Assembly: GCA_963707215.1 (NCBI GenBank)
Contig: CAVPPB010000003.1
Coordinates: forward strand, 832,001 to 896,000
Direction: 5' to 3'
Source of the DNA: an uncultured Chloroflexia bacterium
GTDB lineage: Bacteria > Chloroflexota > Limnocylindria > Limnocylindrales > CSP1-4
DNA: 64,000 nucleotides
Made by a program: the position numbers and the translations under genes. Under the pieces are notes generated by a model, which saw only the letters and a program-made list of their open reading frames with translations, had not been told where the DNA came from and did not search any database. Below, in pieces: positions 40,499-51,826 of this stretch. Within the stretch, counting starts at the first letter, position 1. Every line of letters begins with the position of its first letter.

Positions 40499-41593
40499 AT
40501 GGACCAGGACGACCAGCCCCCGACGGAGGATCCCATCCAGCCAGCGGGACTCGAGCGCCTGCTCGCCGGGATGCCCAAGGCGGAGCTCCACCTCCATCTC
40601 GACGGGTCGCTGCTCGTCGACACGGCCCTCGAGCTGGCCAGGACCCGGGGCGTGGACGCTCCCGGCGACCGGGAGGCGATGCGGGCCTCCCTCGTCGCCC
40701 CGCCGCACGGCGCATCCCAGGCCGAGCTGCTCACGGCCTACGACCTCCCCATCGCGCTCCTCCAGGACGCCGATGCGCTCGAGCGCGTCGCCGCCGAGCT
40801 GGTCGAGGCGAAGGCCGATGACGGCGTCCATTACGTCGAGATCCGCTGGGGGCCGCGGCTCCACCTCGAGCGCGGGCTCCCGCTGGCCGACGGGATCGCA
40901 GCCGTGCTCCGTGGAGCGAACGAGGCGGCCCGGCGACGGGGCATCGATGTCCGGCTCATCTGCACGGCCATACGAACCCACCACCCGACGGCCAACCTCC
41001 AGCTCGCCGAGGTCGCGGCACGCTTCCGCGACGAGGGCCTGACCGGCTGGGACCTTGCCGGCCCGGAGGCGGCGTTCCCGGATCCGCTCGATCATGCCCG
41101 GGCCTTCGAGGCGGCCCGGGCCGGCGGGCTCAGGATCACCCTCCACGCCGGCGAGTGGGGCGGAGCCGCCCAGGTCCGCCGGGCCCTCGCCCTGGACCCG
41201 GAGCGGATCGCCCACGGACCGCTGGCCGCCGACGACCCGACCCTCGTCGCTGAGCTGATCGATCGGGGCATCACCCTGGACCTCTGCCCGACGAGCAACG
41301 TCCAGGCCGGCATCGTGCCGTCCGTCGAGGCCCATCCCCTGGCGCGGCTCCACCGCGCCGGCGTCTCGGTGACGCTCTCGACCGACGACCTGACCGTCTC
41401 CGAGGTCACCCTCACCGAGGAGTACCGCCGAGCGGTCGTCGACAACGGCCTGTCGCTCCCGGAGCTCTGGGCGATCGACCGGCGTGCTCTCGAGGTCGCC
41501 TTCGCCGACGAGGGCACGCTGGACGGGCTGCGAGCGGCGTTCGATGCCTGGGCCGCCGGCCGGCCGGACCTGGCCGGGTCGTCGGACGCCTGA
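40499..41593 (+). CDS. add: Adenosine/adenine deaminase
   Basis: PKAELHLHLDGS, DLAGPE, TLHAGE, RIAHG, CPTSN, STDD. Confidence 0.92.
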   Translation: MDQDDQPPTEDPIQPAGLERLLAGMPKAELHLHLDGSLLVDTALELARTRGVDAPGDREAMRASLVAPPHGASQAELLTAYDLPIALLQDADALERVAAELVEAKADDGVHYVEIRWGPRLHLERGLPLADGIAAVLRGANEAARRRGIDVRLICTAIRTHHPTANLQLAEVAARFRDEGLTGWDLAGPEAAFPDPLDHARAFEAARAGGLRITLHAGEWGGAAQVRRALALDPERIAHGPLAADDPTLVAELIDRGITLDLCPTSNVQAGIVPSVEAHPLARLHRAGVSVTLSTDDLTVSEVTLTEEYRRAVVDNGLSLPELWAIDRRALEVAFADEGTLDGLRAAFDAWAAGRPDLAGSSDA

Positions 41594-41672
41594 CCGAGGC
41601 CCGCCCGGCAGCGGGTTCCCCGCGGACCGCCACGTCCGGTACCCTCCCCCCACCGGGGCACCAGGGAGAGCG

Positions 41673-44600
41673 ATGATCTGTCCGACCTGTGGGGCGGCCA
41701 ACGAGGCCGGCCGCAAGTTCTGCGGCGAGTGCGGCACGCGACTGGCCGCTGCCTGTCCTGCGTGCGGAACGCCGAACCCGGCGGATACGAAGTTCTGCGG
41801 CGAGTGCGGCACGGCGCTGGCGGGGACATCAGCCGCCCGACCCACGTCGACCGTCCGGGCGGGCGGGATCGACGCGGTCCAAGCTCGGGTCGCCGAGCGA
41901 CGGCTCGTCTCGGTCCTCTTCGCCGACCTCGTCGGGTTCACGGCGCTGGCCGAGGGCCGCGACCCGGAGGAGACCCGCGAGCTGCTGTCCCGGTACTTCG
42001 ACCTGGCTCGCGAGGTCATCGAGCGCTACGGCGGCACGGTCGAGAAGTTCATCGGTGACGCCGTCATGGCGGTCTGGGGAGCCCCGGTCGCCCGCGAGGA
42101 CGACCCGGAGCGAGCGGTCCGGGCTGGTCTGGAGCTGGTGGACGCCGTGCAGAGCCTCGGCCCCTCGATCCAGGCCCGCTGCGGCGTCCTGACCGGCGAG
42201 GCCGCAGTCACGCTCGGCGCCGTCGGTGAGGGCATGGTCGCCGGCGACCTCGTCAACACGGCATCCCGTCTCCAGGCAGCCGCCCCGGTCGGCACGGTCC
42301 TGGTCGGCGAGGCGACCCAGCGGGCGGCGACCGCGGCGATCGTCTTCGAGCCGGCCGGCGAACAGGCGCTCAAGGGCAAGGCCACGCCGGTCGCCGCCTG
42401 GATCGCCCGCCGGGTCGTCGCCGAGCGGGGTGGCCGCAACCGGGCGGACGCCGTCGAGGCACCGTTCGTCGGCCGCGACGTCGAGCTGCGCCTGCTCAAG
42501 GACCTCTTCCACGCGACGGCGGCCGAGCGTCGGCCCCGCCTGATCTCCGTCACCGGCCAGGGCGGCATCGGCAAGAGCCGCCTCGCCTGGGAGTTCCTCA
42601 AGTACATCGACGGCCTCGTCGACGACGTCTACTGGCACCAGGGCCGTTCGCCGGCCTACGGCGAAGGGCTGGCGCTGTGGGCCCTCGGCGAGATGGTCCG
42701 CGAGCGGGCCGGGCTGACGGAGGGCGACGACGAGCAGACGACCCGGGCGCACCTCCGCGAGACCCTGGAGACGTTCGTCCCCGACGCGGCGGAGCGGAGC
42801 TGGCTGGAGCCCGCCCTGCTCACCCTCCTTGGCCACGGCGAGCCGATGCCCGCCACGGAGCAGCTGTTCGCCGCGTGGCGGACCTTCTTCGAGCGGATCG
42901 CTGCCCACGGCCCCACCGTCCTGGTCTTCGAGGATCTCCAGTGGGCCGACGCCACCCAGCTCGACTTCATCGACCACCTGCTCGAGTGGACCCGCGACGC
43001 CCGGCTGTTCGTCATCACGCTGGCTCGCCCCGAGCTCCTCGACCGACGCTCCGAGTGGACGGCGGGCCGACGAGGGTTCGCGGCCCTCGCGCTCGAGCCG
43101 CTCCGAGAGGCGGCGATGCGCGAGCTGCTCGACGGCCTGGCCCCCGGCCTGCCCGAGGCGACGGTCGGCCGCATCGTGGCCCGGGCCGACGGGATCCCGT
43201 TGTACGCCGTCGAGACCGTCCGGATGCTCGTCGCCGAGGGACGCCTCGTCGAGCAGGATGGGGCCTACCGACCGACCGGCGACCTCGGGTCGATCGCCAT
43301 CCCGGAGACCCTCCACGCGCTCATCGCCGCCCGACTCGACGCCCTCGACCCAGCGGACCGGGCCGTGGTCCAGGACGCCGCCATCCTTGGTGGCAGCTTC
43401 ACCCTGGGCGCCCTGGCCTCGCTGAGCGGACTCGATGAGACCGAGCTCGCAGGGCGACTCCGACGTCTGGTCCAGCGCGAGATCCTCGACCTCCAGGCCG
43501 ACCCTCGCAGCCCCGAGCGTGGGCAGTACGCCTTCGTCCAGGGACTCATCCGCGAGATCGCCTACGGATCGCTGGCTCGAGCCGACCGGAAGGTTCGTCA
43601 CCTTGCAGCCGCCCGGTACTTCGAGGGTCTGGGGACGGACGAGCTGGCCGGCGTGTTGGCGACCCACTACGCCGCCGCCTACGAGCTCGCGGCGGAGGGC
43701 CCGGAACGGGACGCCCTGGCGGCGCAGGCGCGCGTCGCCCTCCGTGGAGCGGCCGAGCGAGCCGTCGAGCTCGGCGCCAACGTGCCGGCCCTCGGCTATC
43801 TGCGCCAGGCTGCCGAGCTCACTGCCGATCCGGCCGAGCGGGCCGAGCTGCTGACCCGGGCCGGTCGGTCGGCGACCGCCGCCTTCCGCCGCGACGAAGC
43901 AGCGGATCTGCTCGCTGAGGCGGTCGAGCTGCTCCGAGCCGGGAGCGATCGTTCGGCCATCGCGAGCGCCATCGCCGCCCAGGGCCGGGTCACCGTCGAG
44001 CTCCTCCGCAGCCAGCAGGCGGTCGAGCTCCTCGTCGAGGGGCTCCAGGAGTTCACCGACCTCGGCGACGATCCCGCCCTGGCCGACCTGCGGACCCAGC
44101 TGTCGCGGGCGTACTTCATGCACGGCGAGCCCGAGCCCGCGATCCGGGAGGCCGAGGCGGTCCTGCCGACGCTCGAGCGACTGGGCCTCATCCCGCTGCT
44201 CGCCGACACGCTCGTGACCAAGGGCTCGGCGATGGGCTCCACCGGACGGCTGCGCGAGGGTCTGGCCATCCTCCGCGGCGGCCTGGACCTCGCCCGTGCC
44301 CACGGCATCGTCTCGACCGAGATGCGCGGCCTGGTGAACCTCTCTGCCCTGCTCACGACCGAGGATCCTCGGGCGGGCTTCGAGCTCGCCCGGGAGGGCA
44401 TCGCCCTTGCTGGGCGACTCGGCTGGCGCGGCCACATGGCCAGCATCGCCGCCAACGCCGCCACGCCAGCGGTCAGCTGCGGGGAGTGGGCGTGGGTCGA
44501 CGAGACCATCGGCCGGATCGTGGCCGATGAGCCCGACCCCCAGCTGCGGGCCTTCCTGGCGACGACCGCGGTCGAGATGCGGACCCTACGCCGCGAACTG

Positions 44601-45227
44601 CCGGAGGCCGAGATCGCCGAGCTGGAGCGGCTCTTCGCCGATGAGACCGACCCGAACCTGCGAACCAACGTGGCGGGGGTCCGGCCCTACCTCGACATGG
44701 CGGACGGCCGGTACGAGGCCGCCTACGCCGTGTTCAGCCAGCAGGCGACGCTCGACCCATTCTCGGCGTCGAACTTCCTGCTCGCGGCGACCGAGGCCGC
44801 GCTGTGGGGCGGCGACGCCGACCGCGCCGCTCGAGCCCTGGACTCGGTCACGGCCCTCGGCGCCCGGGGCCGCTACATGGACGCGGTCATCGAGGCCTCG
44901 CGGGCCGGGCTGGCTGCGCTACGCGGCGAGCGCGACGCCGCCCTTGTCGGGTTCCGCGCGGCGCTGGCCGGACTCCGTGAGCTCGGCGTCCCGCTCGAGG
45001 AAGCTCGCTACGCCACGATCGCGGCCGGGATCCTCGGCGCTGACGAGCCCGCGCTGCGGGAGCCTCTTGCCCGGGCACGGGAACTCTTCGAGCGGCTCGG
45101 AGCCGTCGTCATGCTCGAGCGCCTCGAGGCTGCGCCGGGCACCTCGACGGGTCGCGCGGCGGACGGTGCCGCGGCGGCCGCGGAGGCCGCCTCAGCCCCC
45201 GGCGAGTCGCTCGAGGGCGTCGGCTAG
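41673..45227 (+). CDS. Double zinc ribbon / class III nucleotidyl cyclase / STAND (AAA) ATPase / TPR protein
   Basis: Four CxxC pairs; LFADLVGFT, EKFIGDAVM, GDLVNTASRLQ; GQGGIGKSRL, FEDLQWAD, GIPLY; helical repeat C-terminus. Confidence 0.92.
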   Translation: MICPTCGAANEAGRKFCGECGTRLAAACPACGTPNPADTKFCGECGTALAGTSAARPTSTVRAGGIDAVQARVAERRLVSVLFADLVGFTALAEGRDPEETRELLSRYFDLAREVIERYGGTVEKFIGDAVMAVWGAPVAREDDPERAVRAGLELVDAVQSLGPSIQARCGVLTGEAAVTLGAVGEGMVAGDLVNTASRLQAAAPVGTVLVGEATQRAATAAIVFEPAGEQALKGKATPVAAWIARRVVAERGGRNRADAVEAPFVGRDVELRLLKDLFHATAAERRPRLISVTGQGGIGKSRLAWEFLKYIDGLVDDVYWHQGRSPAYGEGLALWALGEMVRERAGLTEGDDEQTTRAHLRETLETFVPDAAERSWLEPALLTLLGHGEPMPATEQLFAAWRTFFERIAAHGPTVLVFEDLQWADATQLDFIDHLLEWTRDARLFVITLARPELLDRRSEWTAGRRGFAALALEPLREAAMRELLDGLAPGLPEATVGRIVARADGIPLYAVETVRMLVAEGRLVEQDGAYRPTGDLGSIAIPETLHALIAARLDALDPADRAVVQDAAILGGSFTLGALASLSGLDETELAGRLRRLVQREILDLQADPRSPERGQYAFVQGLIREIAYGSLARADRKVRHLAAARYFEGLGTDELAGVLATHYAAAYELAAEGPERDALAAQARVALRGAAERAVELGANVPALGYLRQAAELTADPAERAELLTRAGRSATAAFRRDEAADLLAEAVELLRAGSDRSAIASAIAAQGRVTVELLRSQQAVELLVEGLQEFTDLGDDPALADLRTQLSRAYFMHGEPEPAIREAEAVLPTLERLGLIPLLADTLVTKGSAMGSTGRLREGLAILRGGLDLARAHGIVSTEMRGLVNLSALLTTEDPRAGFELAREGIALAGRLGWRGHMASIAANAATPAVSCGEWAWVDETIGRIVADEPDPQLRAFLATTAVEMRTLRRELPEAEIAELERLFADETDPNLRTNVAGVRPYLDMADGRYEAAYAVFSQQATLDPFSASNFLLAATEAALWGGDADRAARALDSVTALGARGRYMDAVIEASRAGLAALRGERDAALVGFRAALAGLRELGVPLEEARYATIAAGILGADEPALREPLARARELFERLGAVVMLERLEAAPGTSTGRAADGAAAAAEAASAPGESLEGVG

Positions 45228-46034
45228 CTCGGAGGCGTCGGCCGCCAGCGCCTCCGGCCGCTCGTCGGGAGGCAGCGCCTCGACCTGCTCGCGCGTCGAG
45301 ATCCCGGTGAGCATGAAGATGCAGCGGGCCCCGACCGCCCGGGCCGCGGCAAGGTCCGTGCGCAGGCCGTCACCGATCATGATCGCGTCCCGGGCCTCTC
45401 CCCCGACCGCGTGGGCGGCCAGCTCCAGGAGCCACGGCTCTGGCTTGCCGATGCTGACTGGGGTCACGCCGGTCGTCGCCTCGACGGCCGCCACGATGGA
45501 TCCCGCGCCGGGTCGGACGGCCCGCTCGGTCGGGTAGACCGGGTCGCGATTGGTGGCGATGAAGCGGGCTCCCGCCCGGATCGCGTCGGCGGCCGCGGCA
45601 AGCCGCAGATACGTCAGCTGGGGGTCCAGGCCCACGACGACGGCGTCCGGCCGCCCGGCAGCCGCGGCCCCGTCCAGCCCTTCCTGGGCCATCCGGGTGG
45701 CCGCGCTGGCCGCCGTCACGACCTCCAGGCCCGCGTCCCGCATCTCGCGCTCCAGGCCCCCAGCGCCGAGCACGAGGACGCGACGGACCTCGGGGTGGCG
45801 CTCGACCAGGTAGCGGGCAGTCGCCCGGGCCGACGAGACGATCCGGTCCGGGTCCACCGGGGCCCCCATCGCCGTGAGCCGGGCCACGTAGTCGGCCCGG
45901 TAGTGCATCGAGTTGTTGGTCACGTAGACGACGTCGTCACCCCGGGCGGCCCGGGCGGCCAGCACCGCGGCCACGCCGGGGACCGGATCGGCGCCGCGAT
46001 AGACGACGCCGTCGAGGTCGACGAGCAGGAGCAT
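45192..46034 (-). CDS. HAD-IIA (NagD-like) phosphatase
   Basis: DLDGV, TNNS, ATNRD, GKP, IGDGLRTD; overlaps the cyclase 3' end by 36 nt. Confidence 0.9.
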   Translation of the reverse strand: MLLLVDLDGVVYRGADPVPGVAAVLAARAARGDDVVYVTNNSMHYRADYVARLTAMGAPVDPDRIVSSARATARYLVERHPEVRRVLVLGAGGLEREMRDAGLEVVTAASAATRMAQEGLDGAAAAGRPDAVVVGLDPQLTYLRLAAAADAIRAGARFIATNRDPVYPTERAVRPGAGSIVAAVEATTGVTPVSIGKPEPWLLELAAHAVGGEARDAIMIGDGLRTDLAAARAVGARCIFMLTGISTREQVEALPPDERPEALAADASELADALERLAGG

Positions 46035-46065
46035 GCCCAGAGGGTAGCGGTGCGAAGATGGGGGC

Positions 46066-46683
46066 GTGACACGACCCTCCCGCGACCCCCTGGCCGGCGT
46101 CGAGCTGCTGCTCGTCGACGGGACGAACCTGCTCCACGCGATCCGGCGCGGGGCGGGCCCGGCTCCGTCGTCGGCGGTCATCGGCCGGCTGCGGGCAGCG
46201 ATCCCGGCCGCCATCCGCGTGGAGCTCGTCTTCGACGGCCCGCCGCCGCCCGGCTCCGGCGGCCGGATCGCCCATGGCGTCGGGGTGCGCTACGCGGGCC
46301 GGATCTCGGCCGACGACCACATCCGGGGCCTCGTCGAGACCCTCCCGCGACCCGGCCCGCACGAGGACCCGGGGGTGCTGGTCGTCAGCGACGACGCCGA
46401 GCTGCGCCGGTCGCTCCGGGACATGGGGGTCACCACCACCCGAACGGCCTGGCTCATGGCCCGGCTCGAGCGGACGAAGCTGGCGTCGCCGTCCGTCGGG
46501 GCGGCCAGAGCCCCGCGACCGGGAGCCACGGTCGGTTCCGGCAGCCCGCCGGTCGGGGCTGACGACGGTGGCGTGGAGGGGCGCCGGCCCTGGCGACCGG
46601 GGCGGGGGGCGACGAGCAAGACGGGTAACCCGCGCAGGGCCCCGAAGCGCTCGCGGCATCCTCCGGGCTCTCCACGCGCCTGA
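46066..46683 (+). CDS. NYN (YacP/Rae1-like PIN-fold) ribonuclease
   Basis: VDGTNL, VFDG, SADDHI, VVSDD acidic motifs; basic disordered tail. Confidence 0.75.
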   Translation: MTRPSRDPLAGVELLLVDGTNLLHAIRRGAGPAPSSAVIGRLRAAIPAAIRVELVFDGPPPPGSGGRIAHGVGVRYAGRISADDHIRGLVETLPRPGPHEDPGVLVVSDDAELRRSLRDMGVTTTRTAWLMARLERTKLASPSVGAARAPRPGATVGSGSPPVGADDGGVEGRRPWRPGRGATSKTGNPRRAPKRSRHPPGSPRA

Positions 46684-46745
46684 GCCTCGGACCCCGCGGC
46701 CCGCGCCGTGCGCACCCGACCGGTGACGGCTGCTAGGATGCGCCC

Positions 46746-47222
46746 GTGATCACCGACCAGCTGCAGCAGGCCTGGGACGCGCTGCTCGAACTCACCTCCC
46801 AGTTCGTCATCCCCGACTGGGGCTGGCTCGTCTCGATGATCCCGGTCATCGTCCTGCTGCTGATCGTCGCTCCCCTCGTCACGCTCATCGTCCTGGGCTG
46901 GCTGATCTACCTCGTCAGAAAGCCCCGAACCAGCGTGAAGTACGACGAGGACGTCCGGCGCGCGGCCTCCGACCCATCTGGTGCGCCGGTCTTCCCCCCG
47001 GGGGAGCCATACTGTGCCCGCGACCGGCTGATCTACCCCAGCGGCACGAACCGCTGCGCGGAGTGTCGCGACCTCCTCCTCGTCGTCTGCCCGAAGTGCG
47101 GACTCGGGCGGGCCGCCGAGATCGACACCTGCAGCGACTGCGGCCTCGTCCTCAAGGTCGTGCCACGGGCCCGGGTCCTGCGCCCTGCCGGTCCGCCGCC
47201 GGACGGCGCGGCCGCCGCCTGA
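46746..47222 (+). CDS. Membrane protein with C-terminal double zinc ribbon
   Basis: N-terminal TM region; CARD...CAEC...CPKC...CSDC. Confidence 0.7.
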   Translation: MITDQLQQAWDALLELTSQFVIPDWGWLVSMIPVIVLLLIVAPLVTLIVLGWLIYLVRKPRTSVKYDEDVRRAASDPSGAPVFPPGEPYCARDRLIYPSGTNRCAECRDLLLVVCPKCGLGRAAEIDTCSDCGLVLKVVPRARVLRPAGPPPDGAAAA

Positions 47223-47279
47223 CCCCGGGTCTCGCCCCGACCAGCGTCCCTTCCCCGCGCCGACCAGGAGGCCTCGGCC

Positions 47280-48221
47280 ATGGATCTCGCCGCCACCGCC
47301 CAGGCCGCCTTCAGCGTCGGCGTGATCCTGCTGCTCATCGCCTTCGCCGCCCACGTTGGTCACGCGGTCCTCGTCGCCAACGGGCGGCGCTCGCTGGTGG
47401 TCCTCGCCGCTGCATCCGAGCCCGCCTACGCAGGGGTCGCCAGCGGCTCATTCGTGGAGGCCCGCGCTCGGCGCGACGAGCACCCCGACCCCTCCGCCTC
47501 GGACACGCCGGTGGGCGCCCTCGCCATCGGGTCCGCCATCGGTGCGACGTTGCTCCTCGGCCTCTCCCTGGTCATGCGGGGGATCGTCGTCGGCCGGGGG
47601 CCCTGGGGCAATCTCTACGAGTTCACCGTTGCCTTCGTCTTCACCATCCTCGTCGGCTACCTGCTCCTCCAGCGGCGCTACCCGATCCGGACGATCGGCT
47701 TCATCCCGGTCGGCGTGGCCGCGATCATGGCCCTCTACGCCGCCTCCCTGCCGTCCGAGGTCCGGCCGTTGGTGCCGGCCCTCCAGAATGCGCCCCTCCT
47801 GACGGTCCACGTCGGGATGGCGGTGCTGGCCTACGGGATCCTGGCGACCTCGTTCGCGGCAGGGGTGGCCTACCTGGCCCAGGGCACCGAAGACCGCTTC
47901 GCCTGGCTGCCCTCGCACAAGGTCCTCGACCGGGTCGCCCATCGTTCGGTGGTCATCGGCTTCCCGATCTTCGCGACCATGATCATCCTCGGTTCCTGGT
48001 GGGCCTCGATCGCCTGGTCCCGCTACTGGGGCTGGGATCCCAAGGAGACCGCCGCCCTGGTGACCTGGCTCGTCTACGCCGTCTACCTCCACGCGCGGAC
48101 CCGCCGCTCCTGGGCCGGACGCCCGGCCGCGCTTCTGCTCGTGGTCGGCTTCGTGATGGTCCTCGTCACCTACTCGGGCAGCCTCTGGTTCAGCGGCCTG
48201 CACTCGTACAGCGGGCTCTAG
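47280..48221 (+). CDS. ccsA: Cytochrome c biogenesis protein CcsA/ResC (System II)
   Basis: AGGAGG RBS; PWGNLYE, LTVHV, WASIAWSRYWGWDPKET (WWD domain), YLHAR, GLHSY. Confidence 0.92.
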   Translation: MDLAATAQAAFSVGVILLLIAFAAHVGHAVLVANGRRSLVVLAAASEPAYAGVASGSFVEARARRDEHPDPSASDTPVGALAIGSAIGATLLLGLSLVMRGIVVGRGPWGNLYEFTVAFVFTILVGYLLLQRRYPIRTIGFIPVGVAAIMALYAASLPSEVRPLVPALQNAPLLTVHVGMAVLAYGILATSFAAGVAYLAQGTEDRFAWLPSHKVLDRVAHRSVVIGFPIFATMIILGSWWASIAWSRYWGWDPKETAALVTWLVYAVYLHARTRRSWAGRPAALLLVVGFVMVLVTYSGSLWFSGLHSYSGL

Positions 48222-48279
48222 GGCCCGGCCATCGGGTCGTCCCCGGGCTGTCAGCCGATCGCCACCCGGGCGCCCGTCG

Positions 48280-48309
48280 TTGCAGAACATAGAACGGCTG
48301 TTCTATACT
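48280..48309 (+). promoter_or_regulatory. Sigma70-type promoter with overlapping LexA (SOS) box
   Basis: TTGCAG (48280)-N18-TATACT (48304); palindrome ATAGAAC-ggct-GTTCTAT at 48289-48306. Confidence 0.7.
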
Positions 48310-48342
48310 CGAGAGGATCGCCGGCCGTCCTCCGGTCCGCAT

Positions 48343-48454
48343 CGTGGATGTCTCGCGGCGCCCTCGTGGATGACCTCGCCGACGGCGTGGACAACCGGAC
48401 GGGTGACTGTGGACGAGCGGTGGACGAGCGTGGCCCTGGTCAGCGTCGTCCACG
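48343..48454. repeat. Phased array of DnaA-box-like 9-mers (nGTGGAYnn)
   Basis: CGTGGATGT 48343, CGTGGATGA 48365, CGTGGACAA 48386, TGTGGACGA 48408, GGTGGACGA 48419, and inverted TCGTCCACG 48446. Confidence 0.5.
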
Positions 48455-48498
48455 ACATGTAGCGGTCTGGTGGTGCACCCGACCACAACATCTTGTGG
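48450..48498 (+). promoter_or_regulatory. Tandem NrdR boxes
   Basis: CCACGACATGTAGCGG (48450-48465) and CCACAACATCTTGTGG (48483-48498), 33 bp apart; match acaCwAtATaTwGtgt; upstream of an RNR gene. Confidence 0.8.
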
Positions 48499-48506
48499 TT
48501 TCGGGG

Positions 48507-48535
48507 TTGACTCGCCCTCGCGGGACGCGTATCGT
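48507..48535 (+). promoter_or_regulatory. Sigma70-type nrdJ promoter
   Basis: TTGACT-N17-TATCGT immediately downstream of NrdR box 2. Confidence 0.65.
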
Positions 48536-48712
48536 TCAAGGGTCGCCCGATCGACCGGACCGCCCCCGGCGGACCCTCCCCCGACCCCCCGGCCGTGGGT
48601 TCGTCGACCCCGACAGGGACCGGTCGAACGATGGTGATGAGCGATGAAGGCGCAGCCTGCGACCGGGACCCAGCCCGGCAGCGCGCAAGAGCGTGACGAG
48701 GAGAGACGAAGG

Positions 48713-51762
<3,050 letters not shown>

Positions 51763-51785
51763 GCCACCCCTTCCTCGCGATCAGC

Positions 51786-51813
51786 GACGGGCCGGTCGGG
51801 CGACCGGCCCGTC
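51786..51813. terminator. Hairpin between convergent nrdJ and GGDEF-EAL genes
   Basis: GACGGGCCGGTC-GGGC-GACCGGCCCGTC, perfect 12-bp stem. Confidence 0.6.
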
Positions 51814-51826
51814 CGCATGTCCAGGA

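Noticed and set aside
45192-45227. 36-nt convergent overlap of the cyclase and HAD genes
   Set aside because: Short 3' overlaps of low-complexity tails are common in high-GC genomes.
48280-48540. Possible replication origin, given the DnaA-like boxes
   Set aside because: No AT-rich unwinding element, no dnaA/dnaN/parAB context, and the boxes are degenerate; transcriptional regulation of nrdJ fits better.
48348-48647. 99-aa ORF ending in an ATGA overlap with the long nrdJ start
   Set aside because: No SD site, no recognisable motif, and it runs through the NrdR boxes and promoter; kept only as an alternative explanation in the findings.
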